A stretch of 64,000 nucleotides of DNA from a bacterium. GTDB taxonomy: Bacteria > UBA8248. The notes under the pieces are model-generated. The model saw nothing but the letters and a program-made list of their open reading frames with translations, had not been told where the DNA came from and ran no database searches. How positions within the stretch are numbered: position 1 is the stretch's first letter; every line of letters begins with the position of its first letter. The stretch is from contig OZ241996.1 of the NCBI GenBank assembly GCA_965204535.1, positions 1,216,001 to 1,280,000 on the forward strand, written 5' to 3'. Position numbers and translations under genes: made by a program. Positions 18,620 to 27,933 of the stretch are shown one piece after another.

Positions 18620-19708
18620 ATGAAAGCGTGGCGTTTCTACGCCTTTGGCGATATGCGGTTGGATGAGGTGCCGGACCCCGAGGCGAAGCCGGGCTGGGCC
18701 GTGTGCAAGGTGCGGCGTGTGCAGCCGAGCATCACGGACGTGCAGAGGTCTTTGGGAATCGGAACCATCAATTCGGCGCTTTTGAGGGAAATGCTCGAAA
18801 AATATGCGCCCGTGCAGTTGCTGGGGCACGAGATGAGCGCGGAAGTCGTCGAGGTGGGTGAAGGCGTCGAGCATCTCGAGCCGGGTGACAGGGTGTGCAC
18901 CTCGGGCCACGTGCCGTGCCTCAATTGCAGTTTCTGCCGCGAGGGCCGGGAGATGTACTGCATCGACAAGCTCCACGTGGGCATCAACACGCCGGGCGCG
19001 TTCGCCGAATACATCTCGCTTCCGGCGCACGGGCTCGTCAGGCCGCCGCAGACGCTGGACGATTCTTCCATCGCCTGTCTGCAGCCGCTTTCCTCCACGG
19101 TCGCCGCCATGCGCGATGCGAAGGTCCAGCCGGGCGAGACGGTGGCCATCACCGGTCAGGGGGTCATGGGCCTCTATGCCTTACAGGCTGCGCGCACCTG
19201 CGGGGCGGGCGCCGTCTACGTGAGCGACGTGAAAGACGAAGCCCTTGCCTTGAGCCGCAAGTTCGGTGCGGACGAAGTCATCGACGCGCGGGTTGATGAT
19301 CCCGTCGAGAGGGTGATGGAGATTACGGAGGGCAGGGGCGTCGACCTCGTCTTCGAGTGCGCGGGCGGGAACGCGGATCAGGGGCTTTCAGGCCACACCA
19401 CCCTGCGCCAGGCGACGCGCATGGTGCGCATCGGCGGGCGCGTCATCCAGATCGCGGGCCTCATCGGAGACGTGAAATTCGACCCGGTCTTCATGCGCGC
19501 CCAGGGGATTCAGTGGATTTACCCGGAAGGCCATGGCGCGGACACCGTGGCTCTGGGCGGAAAATGGGTGGCCAGCGGAAGGATCGATGTGAACTCTCTC
19601 ATCACGCACGAGGAGCACGGCATCGAAAACCTGCCCCGCGTGATGGAGATCACCGACAAGAAGGCCGAATACCGGGCCACGAACCCTTGCCAACTCGTTC
19701 TGGCTTAA
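18620..19708 (+). CDS. Zinc-binding (MDR) dehydrogenase, sorbitol/threonine-DH-like, altered catalytic Zn ligands
   Basis: GHE, CLNCSFC...C structural Zn site, G.GVMG Rossmann motif; ATG 18620 after GGAGG. Confidence 0.85.
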   Translation: MKAWRFYAFGDMRLDEVPDPEAKPGWAVCKVRRVQPSITDVQRSLGIGTINSALLREMLEKYAPVQLLGHEMSAEVVEVGEGVEHLEPGDRVCTSGHVPCLNCSFCREGREMYCIDKLHVGINTPGAFAEYISLPAHGLVRPPQTLDDSSIACLQPLSSTVAAMRDAKVQPGETVAITGQGVMGLYALQAARTCGAGAVYVSDVKDEALALSRKFGADEVIDARVDDPVERVMEITEGRGVDLVFECAGGNADQGLSGHTTLRQATRMVRIGGRVIQIAGLIGDVKFDPVFMRAQGIQWIYPEGHGADTVALGGKWVASGRIDVNSLITHEEHGIENLPRVMEITDKKAEYRATNPCQLVLA

Positions 19709-19756
19709 GCAGCAGTATTTCATCATCAGTTTTCATGATTTTCTAAGGAGAAAAAA

Positions 19757-20545
19757 ATGGACCTTGGGTTGAAGGGAAAGATCGCCATCGTGACGGGCGC
19801 GAGCCGGGGCATCGGCCGCGAATGCGCTATCGCGCTGGCGAAAGAGGGCGCCCGCGTATGCGTTACGGCGCGCGATGAAGCGCTTTTGGCTACGGCAGTG
19901 GAAGATGTGAACGCCGCAGGGGGCGAGGGAATGTCCGTCTCCTCCGATCTGAACTCTCTCGATGGCTGCAAGAAGGTGGTCGATGCGTGCGTCGCGAATT
20001 TCGGCGGCGTGGACATCCTCATCAACAGCGCGGGCGCGGCGCGGGGCGGAGACATTCTTGAACTCGACGCGGAGTTCATTACCGAGGCGCTCACGCTCAA
20101 GACGTACGGGTATCTGCGCATGTCCCAATTGGTGATCCCCCACATGAAGAAAAACGCCTGGGGACGCATCGTGAACATCGCGGGTGGCGCGGGCACGAGC
20201 CCGGCGCGGGGGAACATCCCCACGAGTGCGGCGAACATCACGGTGCTCAACAACACGAGGGCGCTCTCGGACGCCGTGGCGGGAGATGGGATTCAGGTGA
20301 ACACCGTGTGTCCGGGCATGACGAACACGCAGCGCGCGCGCGACCTCATGCAGGGACCCGCGGACAAGGCGGGCAAGGACGTGGAGGAGTTCTTGAAAGA
20401 AGTCGGCGCGAGGACGCCGGCCGGCAGAATCGCCGAGCCCGAGGAGGTGGCGAACGTCGCCACGTTCCTGGCCTCCGCCGCGTGTTCTTATGTGAACGGC
20501 AGTTCCCTCTACATGGACGGCGGCGGCCGCCGGGCGACGCCGTAG
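19757..20545 (+). CDS. Atypical SDR (no YxxxK)
   Basis: TGASRGIG, NSAG, NTVCPG, DGG; catalytic position reads TSAAN. Confidence 0.85.
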   Translation: MDLGLKGKIAIVTGASRGIGRECAIALAKEGARVCVTARDEALLATAVEDVNAAGGEGMSVSSDLNSLDGCKKVVDACVANFGGVDILINSAGAARGGDILELDAEFITEALTLKTYGYLRMSQLVIPHMKKNAWGRIVNIAGGAGTSPARGNIPTSAANITVLNNTRALSDAVAGDGIQVNTVCPGMTNTQRARDLMQGPADKAGKDVEEFLKEVGARTPAGRIAEPEEVANVATFLASAACSYVNGSSLYMDGGGRRATP

Positions 20546-20566
20546 GTAACAGCGAACTCGTTTTTC

Positions 20567-20607
20567 TCCTCCGGGCGGGATTCTCAAGCGCCGCCCGGAG
20601 GATTTTT
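20567..20607 (+). terminator. Intrinsic terminator hairpin
   Basis: TCCTCCGGGCGG...CCGCCCGGAGGA followed by TTTTT. Confidence 0.7.
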
Positions 20608-20634
20608 CTTGATATTTTGAGGGATGAGACTGAG

Positions 20635-21708
20635 ATGGCGAAACTTTTCGATGAATTTTCTTTGCGGGGCGTGACGCTCAGGAACCGGATTTGCGTGTCC
20701 CCCATGTGCCAGTACAGCGCGGAGGACGGCAGGCTCACCGACTGGCATCTCGTGCACCTGGGCGCCCGCGCGGCAGGCGGCGCGGGACTGGTAATGGTCG
20801 AGATGACGAACGTGGAGGCGCGGGGGCGCATTACGCACGGGTGCTCGGGCATCTGGTCGGATGCGCATGTCGAGCCGCTGTCTCGGGTCGCGCGCTTCGT
20901 CTCCGGCCAGGGAGCCGTCGCCGGGATTCAGATAGGCCACGCAGGCCGCAAGGGCAGCTGCGCGCCCACCTGGGAGGGTGGGGGCTATCTTTCGGATGAG
21001 GAGGGCGGATGGGAAATCGTGGCGCCGAGCGCGATTCCGTTTCACGAGAAGGCGCGCGTACCCAGGGCGTTGAGCATTGAGGAAATCGCCGTGATTCAGG
21101 AAGCGTTTCGCCAGGGCGCGAGACGAGCAGACGAGGCGGGTTTCGGGTGGCTCGAGATTCACGGCGCGCACGGGTATCTGTTCCACAGCTTCCATTCTCC
21201 GGTTTCGAATCAAAGAGAAGACAACTACGGTGGGAGCTTCGAGAACCGCATCCGTTTCACGCTGGAGACGGTCCGAATCGTGAGGGAGCAATGGCCGGAG
21301 GATAAACCGCTCGCTATCCGCCTCTCGTGCACCGATTATTACGAGGGCGGCTGGACGCTCGATGAAACGATAGAACTCGCGAAAACCCTCAAAACCGAAG
21401 GAGTCGACCTCATCGATTGCAGCGGGGGCGGGGGAACGCCGCTGGCGAAGATTCCCGTGGGTCCCGGATACCAGACGCCGCTCTCACAAGCCGTGCGGGA
21501 GGGAGCCGACATACCCACCGGCACCGTGGGGATGATCACGCAGGCCTGGCAGGCGGATCAGATTGTCCGAAACGGTGAGGCCGACCTCGTTTTCATGGCG
21601 CGCGAGATGTTGCGCGAGCCTTATTGGCCGCAAAAGGCGGCCGCCGCGCTCGGCGTGATGGATGAGGCCTACGTCGCCGACCAGTACCACCGCGCACACG
21701 GGAGGTGA
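20635..21708 (+). CDS. namA: NADH:flavin oxidoreductase, old yellow enzyme YqjM/NamA type
   Basis: SPMCQYS, HAGRK, HGAHGY, N.R.D.YGGSFENR, C-terminal QY.RA finger. Confidence 0.88.
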   Translation: MAKLFDEFSLRGVTLRNRICVSPMCQYSAEDGRLTDWHLVHLGARAAGGAGLVMVEMTNVEARGRITHGCSGIWSDAHVEPLSRVARFVSGQGAVAGIQIGHAGRKGSCAPTWEGGGYLSDEEGGWEIVAPSAIPFHEKARVPRALSIEEIAVIQEAFRQGARRADEAGFGWLEIHGAHGYLFHSFHSPVSNQREDNYGGSFENRIRFTLETVRIVREQWPEDKPLAIRLSCTDYYEGGWTLDETIELAKTLKTEGVDLIDCSGGGGTPLAKIPVGPGYQTPLSQAVREGADIPTGTVGMITQAWQADQIVRNGEADLVFMAREMLREPYWPQKAAAALGVMDEAYVADQYHRAHGR

Positions 21709-21769
21709 AGCTCGAATCGTCGCTCATCTGGATTTCTGCCGCACCCTGTGGTCGGCTAACGCGCAAACA

Positions 21770-21798
21770 TTGACAGGGTTCAAGGGCCGTGTTGTAAT
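21770..21798 (+). promoter_or_regulatory. Putative sigma70 promoter of the liv-type operon
   Basis: TTGACA-N17-TGTAAT about 60 nt upstream of ATG 21856. Confidence 0.45.
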
Positions 21799-21855
21799 TT
21801 CCGCACTCTCAAACAGTTGAATTTCTGAGTCCTTTTCCACACGGGAGAAAAGTCG

Positions 21856-23040
21856 ATGAACCACATTTTTTCGCGCGTTTTGAAACGCGCCACTTTCTGG
21901 GTTGCGTTCGTCGTGGCGATTGGTTTGTTGGGCGGCCCGCTCGCCGGTGACGCGCCGGCGGCCAAGAAGAAACCGCTTCGCTTCGGGGTCGCCGATCCCC
22001 TGACGGGGCCTGCCGCGATTTTCGGCAAGGATCAGATGCAGGCGGTCCGCTGGGCGGTCGAGGACATCAACGCCAAGGGCGGCGTCAACGGCCATCCGCT
22101 CGAAGCCATCATTCTGGATCATCAGGCGAAACCCGAGGTCGGCATCGCGGTGGTCAACCGCTTCGTCCACGTGGAGAAGGTCCCCGTGTACATCACCGCG
22201 TTCAGCAACGTGGTCAAGGCGGTCGCGCCCATCGCGAACCGCGAGAAGGTGTTGATGCTCAGCGTGGGCGCAAACGCGCCGGCCATCGCACGGCTGGGCG
22301 ATTACGTCTATACGACTTTCCCGCTGGCCGACGTGGATATGAACGCCTTGGGCAAATACGCTTATCAGAAGATGGGCAAACGCCGCGCCGCCGTCTTGCA
22401 CGTGAACCACGAGACGGGCCGGGACGGCGCCAAGGTCTTCAGTAACAGCTTCAAGAAGGCCGGCGGCAAAATCGTCGTTTATGAGTCCTACGAGCAGGAA
22501 CGCTCGGATTTCACCGGCCTGGTGCTCAAGGTGAAAGCGGCGAATCCCGACATCATCCACATCCACAGCGTGATCCGCGATTTCACGGCCGTCGTCGCGC
22601 AGATGCGCCAACTCGGCGTCAAAACCCAGATCACCAGCTACCAGACAGCCTTCAACCCAAAGATGATCCAGCAGTTGGGCAAGGGGGCCGAGGGCATCAT
22701 CGTGACCGCGCTGGCCCCCAGCGTGGAGGACAACAAGAACCTGCCCGCCTATATCGAGCGCTGGAAAAAGGCGTACAAGCGCATGCCCATCGGGCTGCCC
22801 TATACGCAGTATTTCTACGATGCGCCCTATATCGTTGCGGCGCTCTACAAATGGGTGCTGGACAAGAAGCTGCCAATCACAGGCGAGAACATGCGCAAGG
22901 CGCTGGTCGCGATAAAGACGTTCGAGCAGCCCTTGACCAATACGGTCACGATCAACGACGACCACACGGTCAAGAAACCGGTTTATTTCTGGCAGGTGAA
23001 GGGTGGTAAATTCACGTTAATCGGTTCCCAGAAGGACTGA
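21856..23040 (+). CDS. Branched-chain amino acid type ABC substrate-binding protein (LivJ/K family)
   Basis: Signal peptide, PLTGPAAIFG, INAKGGVNG, DFTGLVLKVKAANPD. Confidence 0.9.
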   Translation: MNHIFSRVLKRATFWVAFVVAIGLLGGPLAGDAPAAKKKPLRFGVADPLTGPAAIFGKDQMQAVRWAVEDINAKGGVNGHPLEAIILDHQAKPEVGIAVVNRFVHVEKVPVYITAFSNVVKAVAPIANREKVLMLSVGANAPAIARLGDYVYTTFPLADVDMNALGKYAYQKMGKRRAAVLHVNHETGRDGAKVFSNSFKKAGGKIVVYESYEQERSDFTGLVLKVKAANPDIIHIHSVIRDFTAVVAQMRQLGVKTQITSYQTAFNPKMIQQLGKGAEGIIVTALAPSVEDNKNLPAYIERWKKAYKRMPIGLPYTQYFYDAPYIVAALYKWVLDKKLPITGENMRKALVAIKTFEQPLTNTVTINDDHTVKKPVYFWQVKGGKFTLIGSQKD

Positions 23041-23114
23041 TCCCGAATGCTTCCTCTGCGTGGGCGCGCCTGCCGGCGCGCCCACCGGGATATTATCGTG
23101 TGTGACGCCAAGCC

Positions 23115-24062
23115 ATGCTGACCTGGGGGATTTTGGGGCAACTCTTGTGGACGGGCTTCGCCGCCGCGACCTATTACTGCCTGTTTGCGGTCGCCTTCTC
23201 ACTCGTCCTCAAAGTCAACAAGATATGGAACTTCGCCCAGGCCGGGGTGATGGTGTTCGCCTACTACTCCCTGCTCGTGGCGTTCCGGCACTGGGGTTTG
23301 CCGCTGGTTCCCGCCCTGGTTTTCGGGCTCCTGATAACGCTTGGCGTATCGCTCGCCCTCGAGCGCTATGCCTTCATGGTTTTCCGTGACCGCAACTCCT
23401 CGATCCTGACCCTGTTCATCTTCACGATCGTGTTTTCGGAGTTCTCGGTCTATCTCATGGAACTGGTCTTCGGAACCGAACCGCAGACGCTTTACCCGAG
23501 CCTATTGTGGCCCGTCGACTTATACGCCGGCATTGCGATCAGCCACTGGGACTTGATGGCGATTGCGGTGACGGCGGTGCTGCTGCTGCTCCTCTACCTG
23601 TTCATCCACCGCACGCGCTACGGCCGGTATCTGATCGCCGTCGCCGATAACGAGAATCTGGCCGAAATATACGGTATCAGTCGAAAACGCGCCTACGGCG
23701 TTTCGATCTCCATTGCTGCGGTGCTCATCACCGCCGGCATGTATCTCTTCGGGACCAAGGCGGCGCTGTTTCCCTCCACGCCGCTCCAGCATCTGTTGAT
23801 CTTCGCCGTCATCGCGACGATTCTGGCCGGGATCGGCAACATCTTTCGCGCCGGAATCGCGGCGGTCGCGCTGAGCCTCATACAGGCTTTCAGCATTCTC
23901 GTCATCGCCTCCAAATGGCAGGCGCTGCTGGCCTATATTCTGATATTCGTCGTCATCATCTTCTTCCCGCGCGGATTCGCCTTGCCGCGCAAGCTGAGCG
24001 GGCTGGTAAGGCCATCGGGACGTTCCGCCGCGGTGGCGGTAGCCGACCCTGCGGGAGACTGA
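23115..24062 (+). CDS. livH: LivH-like ABC permease
   Basis: NFAQ, RTRYG..LIAVADN..LA...GI; multiple TM segments. Confidence 0.85.
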   Translation: MLTWGILGQLLWTGFAAATYYCLFAVAFSLVLKVNKIWNFAQAGVMVFAYYSLLVAFRHWGLPLVPALVFGLLITLGVSLALERYAFMVFRDRNSSILTLFIFTIVFSEFSVYLMELVFGTEPQTLYPSLLWPVDLYAGIAISHWDLMAIAVTAVLLLLLYLFIHRTRYGRYLIAVADNENLAEIYGISRKRAYGVSISIAAVLITAGMYLFGTKAALFPSTPLQHLLIFAVIATILAGIGNIFRAGIAAVALSLIQAFSILVIASKWQALLAYILIFVVIIFFPRGFALPRKLSGLVRPSGRSAAVAVADPAGD

Positions 24063-24069
24063 ACCGGAA

Positions 24070-24984
24070 ATGGAATATCTCCTCACCGTCATGGTGCTCA
24101 TCGGGATCAACGTGATCCTCGCTACGAGCTTCAACCTCATTCTGGGATACGGCGGGCTGATGAGCGTCGCCCATCCCATCTTCTACGCCATCGGAGCCTA
24201 TTGCTCAGGACTTCTGGCGATTCACCTGCAGATTCCGGTTCCGCTCTCTATCCTGATGGGAGCAGCAATCGCGATGGTGCTGTCGTTCGGCGTCTCGTTG
24301 CCCTCGCTTCGCGTGTCGGGCGATTACCTCGTCATCGCCAGCATCGGGTTTCAGTTGGGTATCCTGCACGTCATCAACAACCTCGAATTCACAGGCGCGG
24401 CCGGCGGGCTGACCAACATTCCGGTGCTGAACGAAGGCCCGTCGAGAAGCCTCGTCTTCGTGTTGCTTATCGCGGTCGTCGCCGCCTGCGCGGTCCTGCT
24501 TGTGGGCTGGATCGTCGAAGGGGATTACGGGCGGGCCATCACTGCCATGCGCAACGACGAGGAGGCCTTCAGCGCCCTGGGTCGCAACGCGATGAACATC
24601 AAGATCGTCCTGTTCGCCATCGGCTCGGGCATGGCCGGCCTCGCGGGCGCGCTGTATGCGCATTACTTCGCCTACGTCACGCCCGAGCAGTTTGGCATAT
24701 TCACTTCAGCGGCCCTGCTGACGATGGTGGTCGTGGGCGGCGCCGCCACGACGTGGGGCCCCCTGGTGGGCGCGGTGCTGCTAACGACCCTTCCGCAGGC
24801 CATCACGTTTCTCGGTCTGCCCGTCTCCATCATGGCGCCGCTTCAGGGCGTCATCTACACGACGCTCGTTATTTCCTTCCTATTCGCGCGGCCCCAGGGC
24901 CTGACGGGAGGCACCAGGGGCGGCGGAGGGCTCGAGGCCTGGAGCGCGAGCGCGGCCTTCAGGGCGAGGAGGGATGCGGAGTGA
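24070..24984 (+). CDS. livM: LivM-like ABC permease
   Basis: NLILGYGG, LR..GDY, A.RNDE.A..LG, VVVGG..T.WGP. Confidence 0.88.
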   Translation: MEYLLTVMVLIGINVILATSFNLILGYGGLMSVAHPIFYAIGAYCSGLLAIHLQIPVPLSILMGAAIAMVLSFGVSLPSLRVSGDYLVIASIGFQLGILHVINNLEFTGAAGGLTNIPVLNEGPSRSLVFVLLIAVVAACAVLLVGWIVEGDYGRAITAMRNDEEAFSALGRNAMNIKIVLFAIGSGMAGLAGALYAHYFAYVTPEQFGIFTSAALLTMVVVGGAATTWGPLVGAVLLTTLPQAITFLGLPVSIMAPLQGVIYTTLVISFLFARPQGLTGGTRGGGGLEAWSASAAFRARRDAE

Positions 24985-25751
24985 GCGCAATCGTCAGGGT
25001 CGAGGATCTGCACAAGAGTTTCGGCGGAATCGTGGTGGCGGACGACGTCAACCTGAGCTTCGAAGCGGGCGAGATCGTCGGCCTCATCGGTCCCAACGGC
25101 GCGGGCAAGACGTCTTTGTTCAACCTGATCTCGGGCGTCATTCCACCCGATGCGGGATCGATATTCGTGGAAAGCCATCGCGTGGATCAACTGCCCATGC
25201 ACCACCGCGCGCGGATCGGCCTGGCCCGAACCTGGCAGAACACGCGCATGTTTCACTCCATGTCGGTGATAGACAACCTGCTGATAGCAACGCGGCGCTA
25301 CCCCGGAGAATCGCTGGCGCGCATTCTGTTTCGTCGCCGCTCGGTCGACGCCTTCCGCCAGGAGGCGACGGAAAAAGCCATGGTGCTTCTCGAGCGGGTA
25401 GGGCTCGCGGACAAGATGCACGAAATGGCGATTGAACTCTCCTACGGCCAGCAGAAGCGGATCGGCCTGGCCCGGGCGCTGATGAGCGACGCGGCGTGCC
25501 TGTTGCTGGACGAGCCCATGGCGGGTGTCGAAGGGCAGGCGTATGAAACGATCATCCGCGTCATCCGCGAAGAGGCCCAGGCCGGTCGCGCGGTCTGCGT
25601 GGTGGAGCACAACATCTCGTTCATACGCGACATCAGCGATCGCACGGTTTTCATGTTCAACGGATGTGTTCTGGCCAGCGGCTCCGTCGACGAACTGACG
25701 CGCGATTCGCAACTCACGGATCTGTATTTTGGCGGCGAACACCCGCAGTAA
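24981..25751 (+). CDS. livG: LivG-like ABC ATPase
   Basis: GPNGAGKT, LSYGQQK, LLDEP; GTG overlaps the livM stop. Confidence 0.9.
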   Translation: MSAIVRVEDLHKSFGGIVVADDVNLSFEAGEIVGLIGPNGAGKTSLFNLISGVIPPDAGSIFVESHRVDQLPMHHRARIGLARTWQNTRMFHSMSVIDNLLIATRRYPGESLARILFRRRSVDAFRQEATEKAMVLLERVGLADKMHEMAIELSYGQQKRIGLARALMSDAACLLLDEPMAGVEGQAYETIIRVIREEAQAGRAVCVVEHNISFIRDISDRTVFMFNGCVLASGSVDELTRDSQLTDLYFGGEHPQ

Positions 25752-25764
25752 TCGAGAGAGAACG

Positions 25765-26448
25765 ATGTTCGAAATCCAAAACCTCACGGCCCGCTACGGG
25801 CCGCTTGTCGCCGTGAACGACGTGTCGCTGTCTTTCGAGACCGGTGTGCGGATGGGAATTTTCGGCCATAACGGTTCAGGCAAGTCGACGCTTCTCAAAT
25901 GCCTGGTCGGCGGCGTCAGGGATGTTTCCGGCGCCGTGGCTTTTGATGGTTCGCCGATTGTCGCCGATCAGGTTCACCGCAACGTCATGCTGGGAATCGG
26001 CTTCGTGCCGCAGGTACAGAACGTTTTTCCGAACCTCACGGTCGAGCAGAATCTCCACATTGCGGGTTCGAAATCAGCCTCCTCGTTTCTCGAGGAGGCC
26101 TATGCCCTTTTCCCGCTGCTGCGGGAACGCCAGGACCAGCTCGCAGGCGACATGAGTGGTGGAGAGCAGCAGATGCTCGCGGTCTCGCTGGCCTTGATGA
26201 CGCGGCCGCAAGTCCTTCTGCTCGACGAGCCGACGGCAGGCCTCGCTCCGGCAATCGTGAAGAACGTGCTGGGCTCGCTCTCGCGCATCAACACGGAACT
26301 CGGTACCGGGCTGATCCTCGTCGAGCAGAACGTGCTTGCCGCCCTGGATGTCGTCGAGCGCGCCATCGTGCTCAAGGGCGGGCGCGTGGTGTTTGACGGC
26401 GCGAGCGAAGAGTTGCGCGCAAAGGAAGATTTGTGGGCCTGGTTCTGA
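25765..26448 (+). CDS. livF: LivF-like ABC ATPase
   Basis: GHNGSGKS, MSGGEQQM, LLDEPTAGLAP, LVEQN. Confidence 0.9.
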   Translation: MFEIQNLTARYGPLVAVNDVSLSFETGVRMGIFGHNGSGKSTLLKCLVGGVRDVSGAVAFDGSPIVADQVHRNVMLGIGFVPQVQNVFPNLTVEQNLHIAGSKSASSFLEEAYALFPLLRERQDQLAGDMSGGEQQMLAVSLALMTRPQVLLLDEPTAGLAPAIVKNVLGSLSRINTELGTGLILVEQNVLAALDVVERAIVLKGGRVVFDGASEELRAKEDLWAWF

Positions 26449-26477
26449 CTCCGTAAATCGTCGGTGCGATTGCTTTT

Positions 26478-27848
26478 TTATTTTACCCCGATGGCGTCAA
26501 TCTGGACCAGCGCTTCCGCGACCGGGCCGGGGCCATGCACGATCACGCATTCGAACGCGGGCAGATCCTCGTCGATGAAAGTTTCGCGAACCGCCTCGTA
26601 GACCGCCAGGTCCGCCGGGTCGGAGAGATACACCCTTGTCATGGCGATGTCCGCCAGTTCCATGCCCGCACCTGAAGCGCTTGCGCGCAACTGCTCCCAC
26701 GCCATCCAGCATTGCGCGGCGAGCTCCGGCCGCCGCTCTGTTTCTTCCATAGGCAACACGGCGCGCCGACCCGCCTCGGGAAGGGCGTCCGTGCTCCGGA
26801 CGATCGCTCCTGCCTCGTTGACGCCCACCATGCCCGAGAAGTAAACAACCGGCCCCGCCTGCGTGACGGCGGGTGCCGCGAAGGGCGCTGTCCCCGGCCA
26901 GGGGAACGATTGGCGGACGAGTCCGCTGCGCCGGTCCAGGGCGGTAATTTCGATCTCGATGCGCGTGCCGCGGTGACCCACCTCGTCAAATCCCACGACG
27001 CAAAGCGATGGCTGTACCTCCGGAAAGAAATGGTTGTGCACCCGATGGAACGTGGAGAAATCGCGCAGGTCGCTCAGGAAAATTGACACGTTCACGACAT
27101 CTTCCATATCCATGCCGTTGCCTGTCAGCGTACGGCGCAATTCGTTGTAAACGTACCAGGTCTGGGATGCGATCGGACCGTGGCGGCTATCGGGATGGCT
27201 GCGCCCCGTCGAGAGGAAACGACCTTCCTCCGGCACGTCGTCATAAGAGTTGACCAGCGGCTTTCCGGGTTCTGCCGTCTTGATCGGGATGTGCCCGGCG
27301 AAGAAGGCGAACGGGCCCGAGCGTATTGCCTGGCAGTAATGTGAGGCCGCAGGCAGGTCGGCGTCGTAGACGTCGGTCATCACCTGGCGCTCGCCGAACA
27401 CGCCGCCGGCTTCCGTGCAGGCGGCGATGGCGTCGACCCCGATCCAGTGTCTGCCGCGTCCGATCACGTCCGTAACCCCCAGTCCGCTGCTGGGAGCGGG
27501 CGTCGGCTGCCAATGCACCCGGACGTGTTCGTAGCTGGGGAAATAACGCTTGTCGCGCTGCCAGATGTGCTGGCGCAGCACCTGATCGGAGGGCGTTCCC
27601 GCCGCATGGAGAACTTTTTCGAGGCTGTCGTGTACCGCCCAGGAGTCGGCGACAACCCTGCCCTCGGTGAGGTCTGCGAGCGGATAGCCCTGCATTTGCG
27701 CGCGTCCCGCCTCGGGCAGGTCCGCGAACCCCGCCGGACCGTCGGGCCTTAAGCCTGAGACGAACAAAAGTTCGCCGGCCTTGACCGCCACCGGGTAGGG
27801 CGGGAAAGCGGGGCTGACATCCTCACAAACGATAGGAGTCTTCTTCAT
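26478..27848 (-). CDS. Rid (YjgF/YER057c/UK114) family protein with three tandem domains
   Basis: Three repeats: AVKAGELLFVSG..IGVDAIA / AIRSGPFAFFAG..IEIEITA / VTQAGPVVYFSG..VQIDAIG; ATG 27848. Confidence 0.82.
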   Translation of the reverse strand: MKKTPIVCEDVSPAFPPYPVAVKAGELLFVSGLRPDGPAGFADLPEAGRAQMQGYPLADLTEGRVVADSWAVHDSLEKVLHAAGTPSDQVLRQHIWQRDKRYFPSYEHVRVHWQPTPAPSSGLGVTDVIGRGRHWIGVDAIAACTEAGGVFGERQVMTDVYDADLPAASHYCQAIRSGPFAFFAGHIPIKTAEPGKPLVNSYDDVPEEGRFLSTGRSHPDSRHGPIASQTWYVYNELRRTLTGNGMDMEDVVNVSIFLSDLRDFSTFHRVHNHFFPEVQPSLCVVGFDEVGHRGTRIEIEITALDRRSGLVRQSFPWPGTAPFAAPAVTQAGPVVYFSGMVGVNEAGAIVRSTDALPEAGRRAVLPMEETERRPELAAQCWMAWEQLRASASGAGMELADIAMTRVYLSDPADLAVYEAVRETFIDEDLPAFECVIVHGPGPVAEALVQIDAIGVK

Positions 27849-27933
27849 CGCTCGATAAACCTCCGTGGGTCGGCAAATCGTGCCGCCATGGTTCGAGGCA
27901 AGGATTTCTCCATTGCCCGGTGATTTGAATCGG

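Noticed and set aside
20308-20634. Apparent SDR-OYE overlap or fusion
   Set aside because: The extension crosses the SDR stop and a terminator. The OYE starts at 20635.
24201-24980. Long N-terminal extension of LivG (516-aa ORF) suggesting a fusion
   Set aside because: It overlaps livM out of frame. The real start is GTG 24981, overlapping the livM stop.
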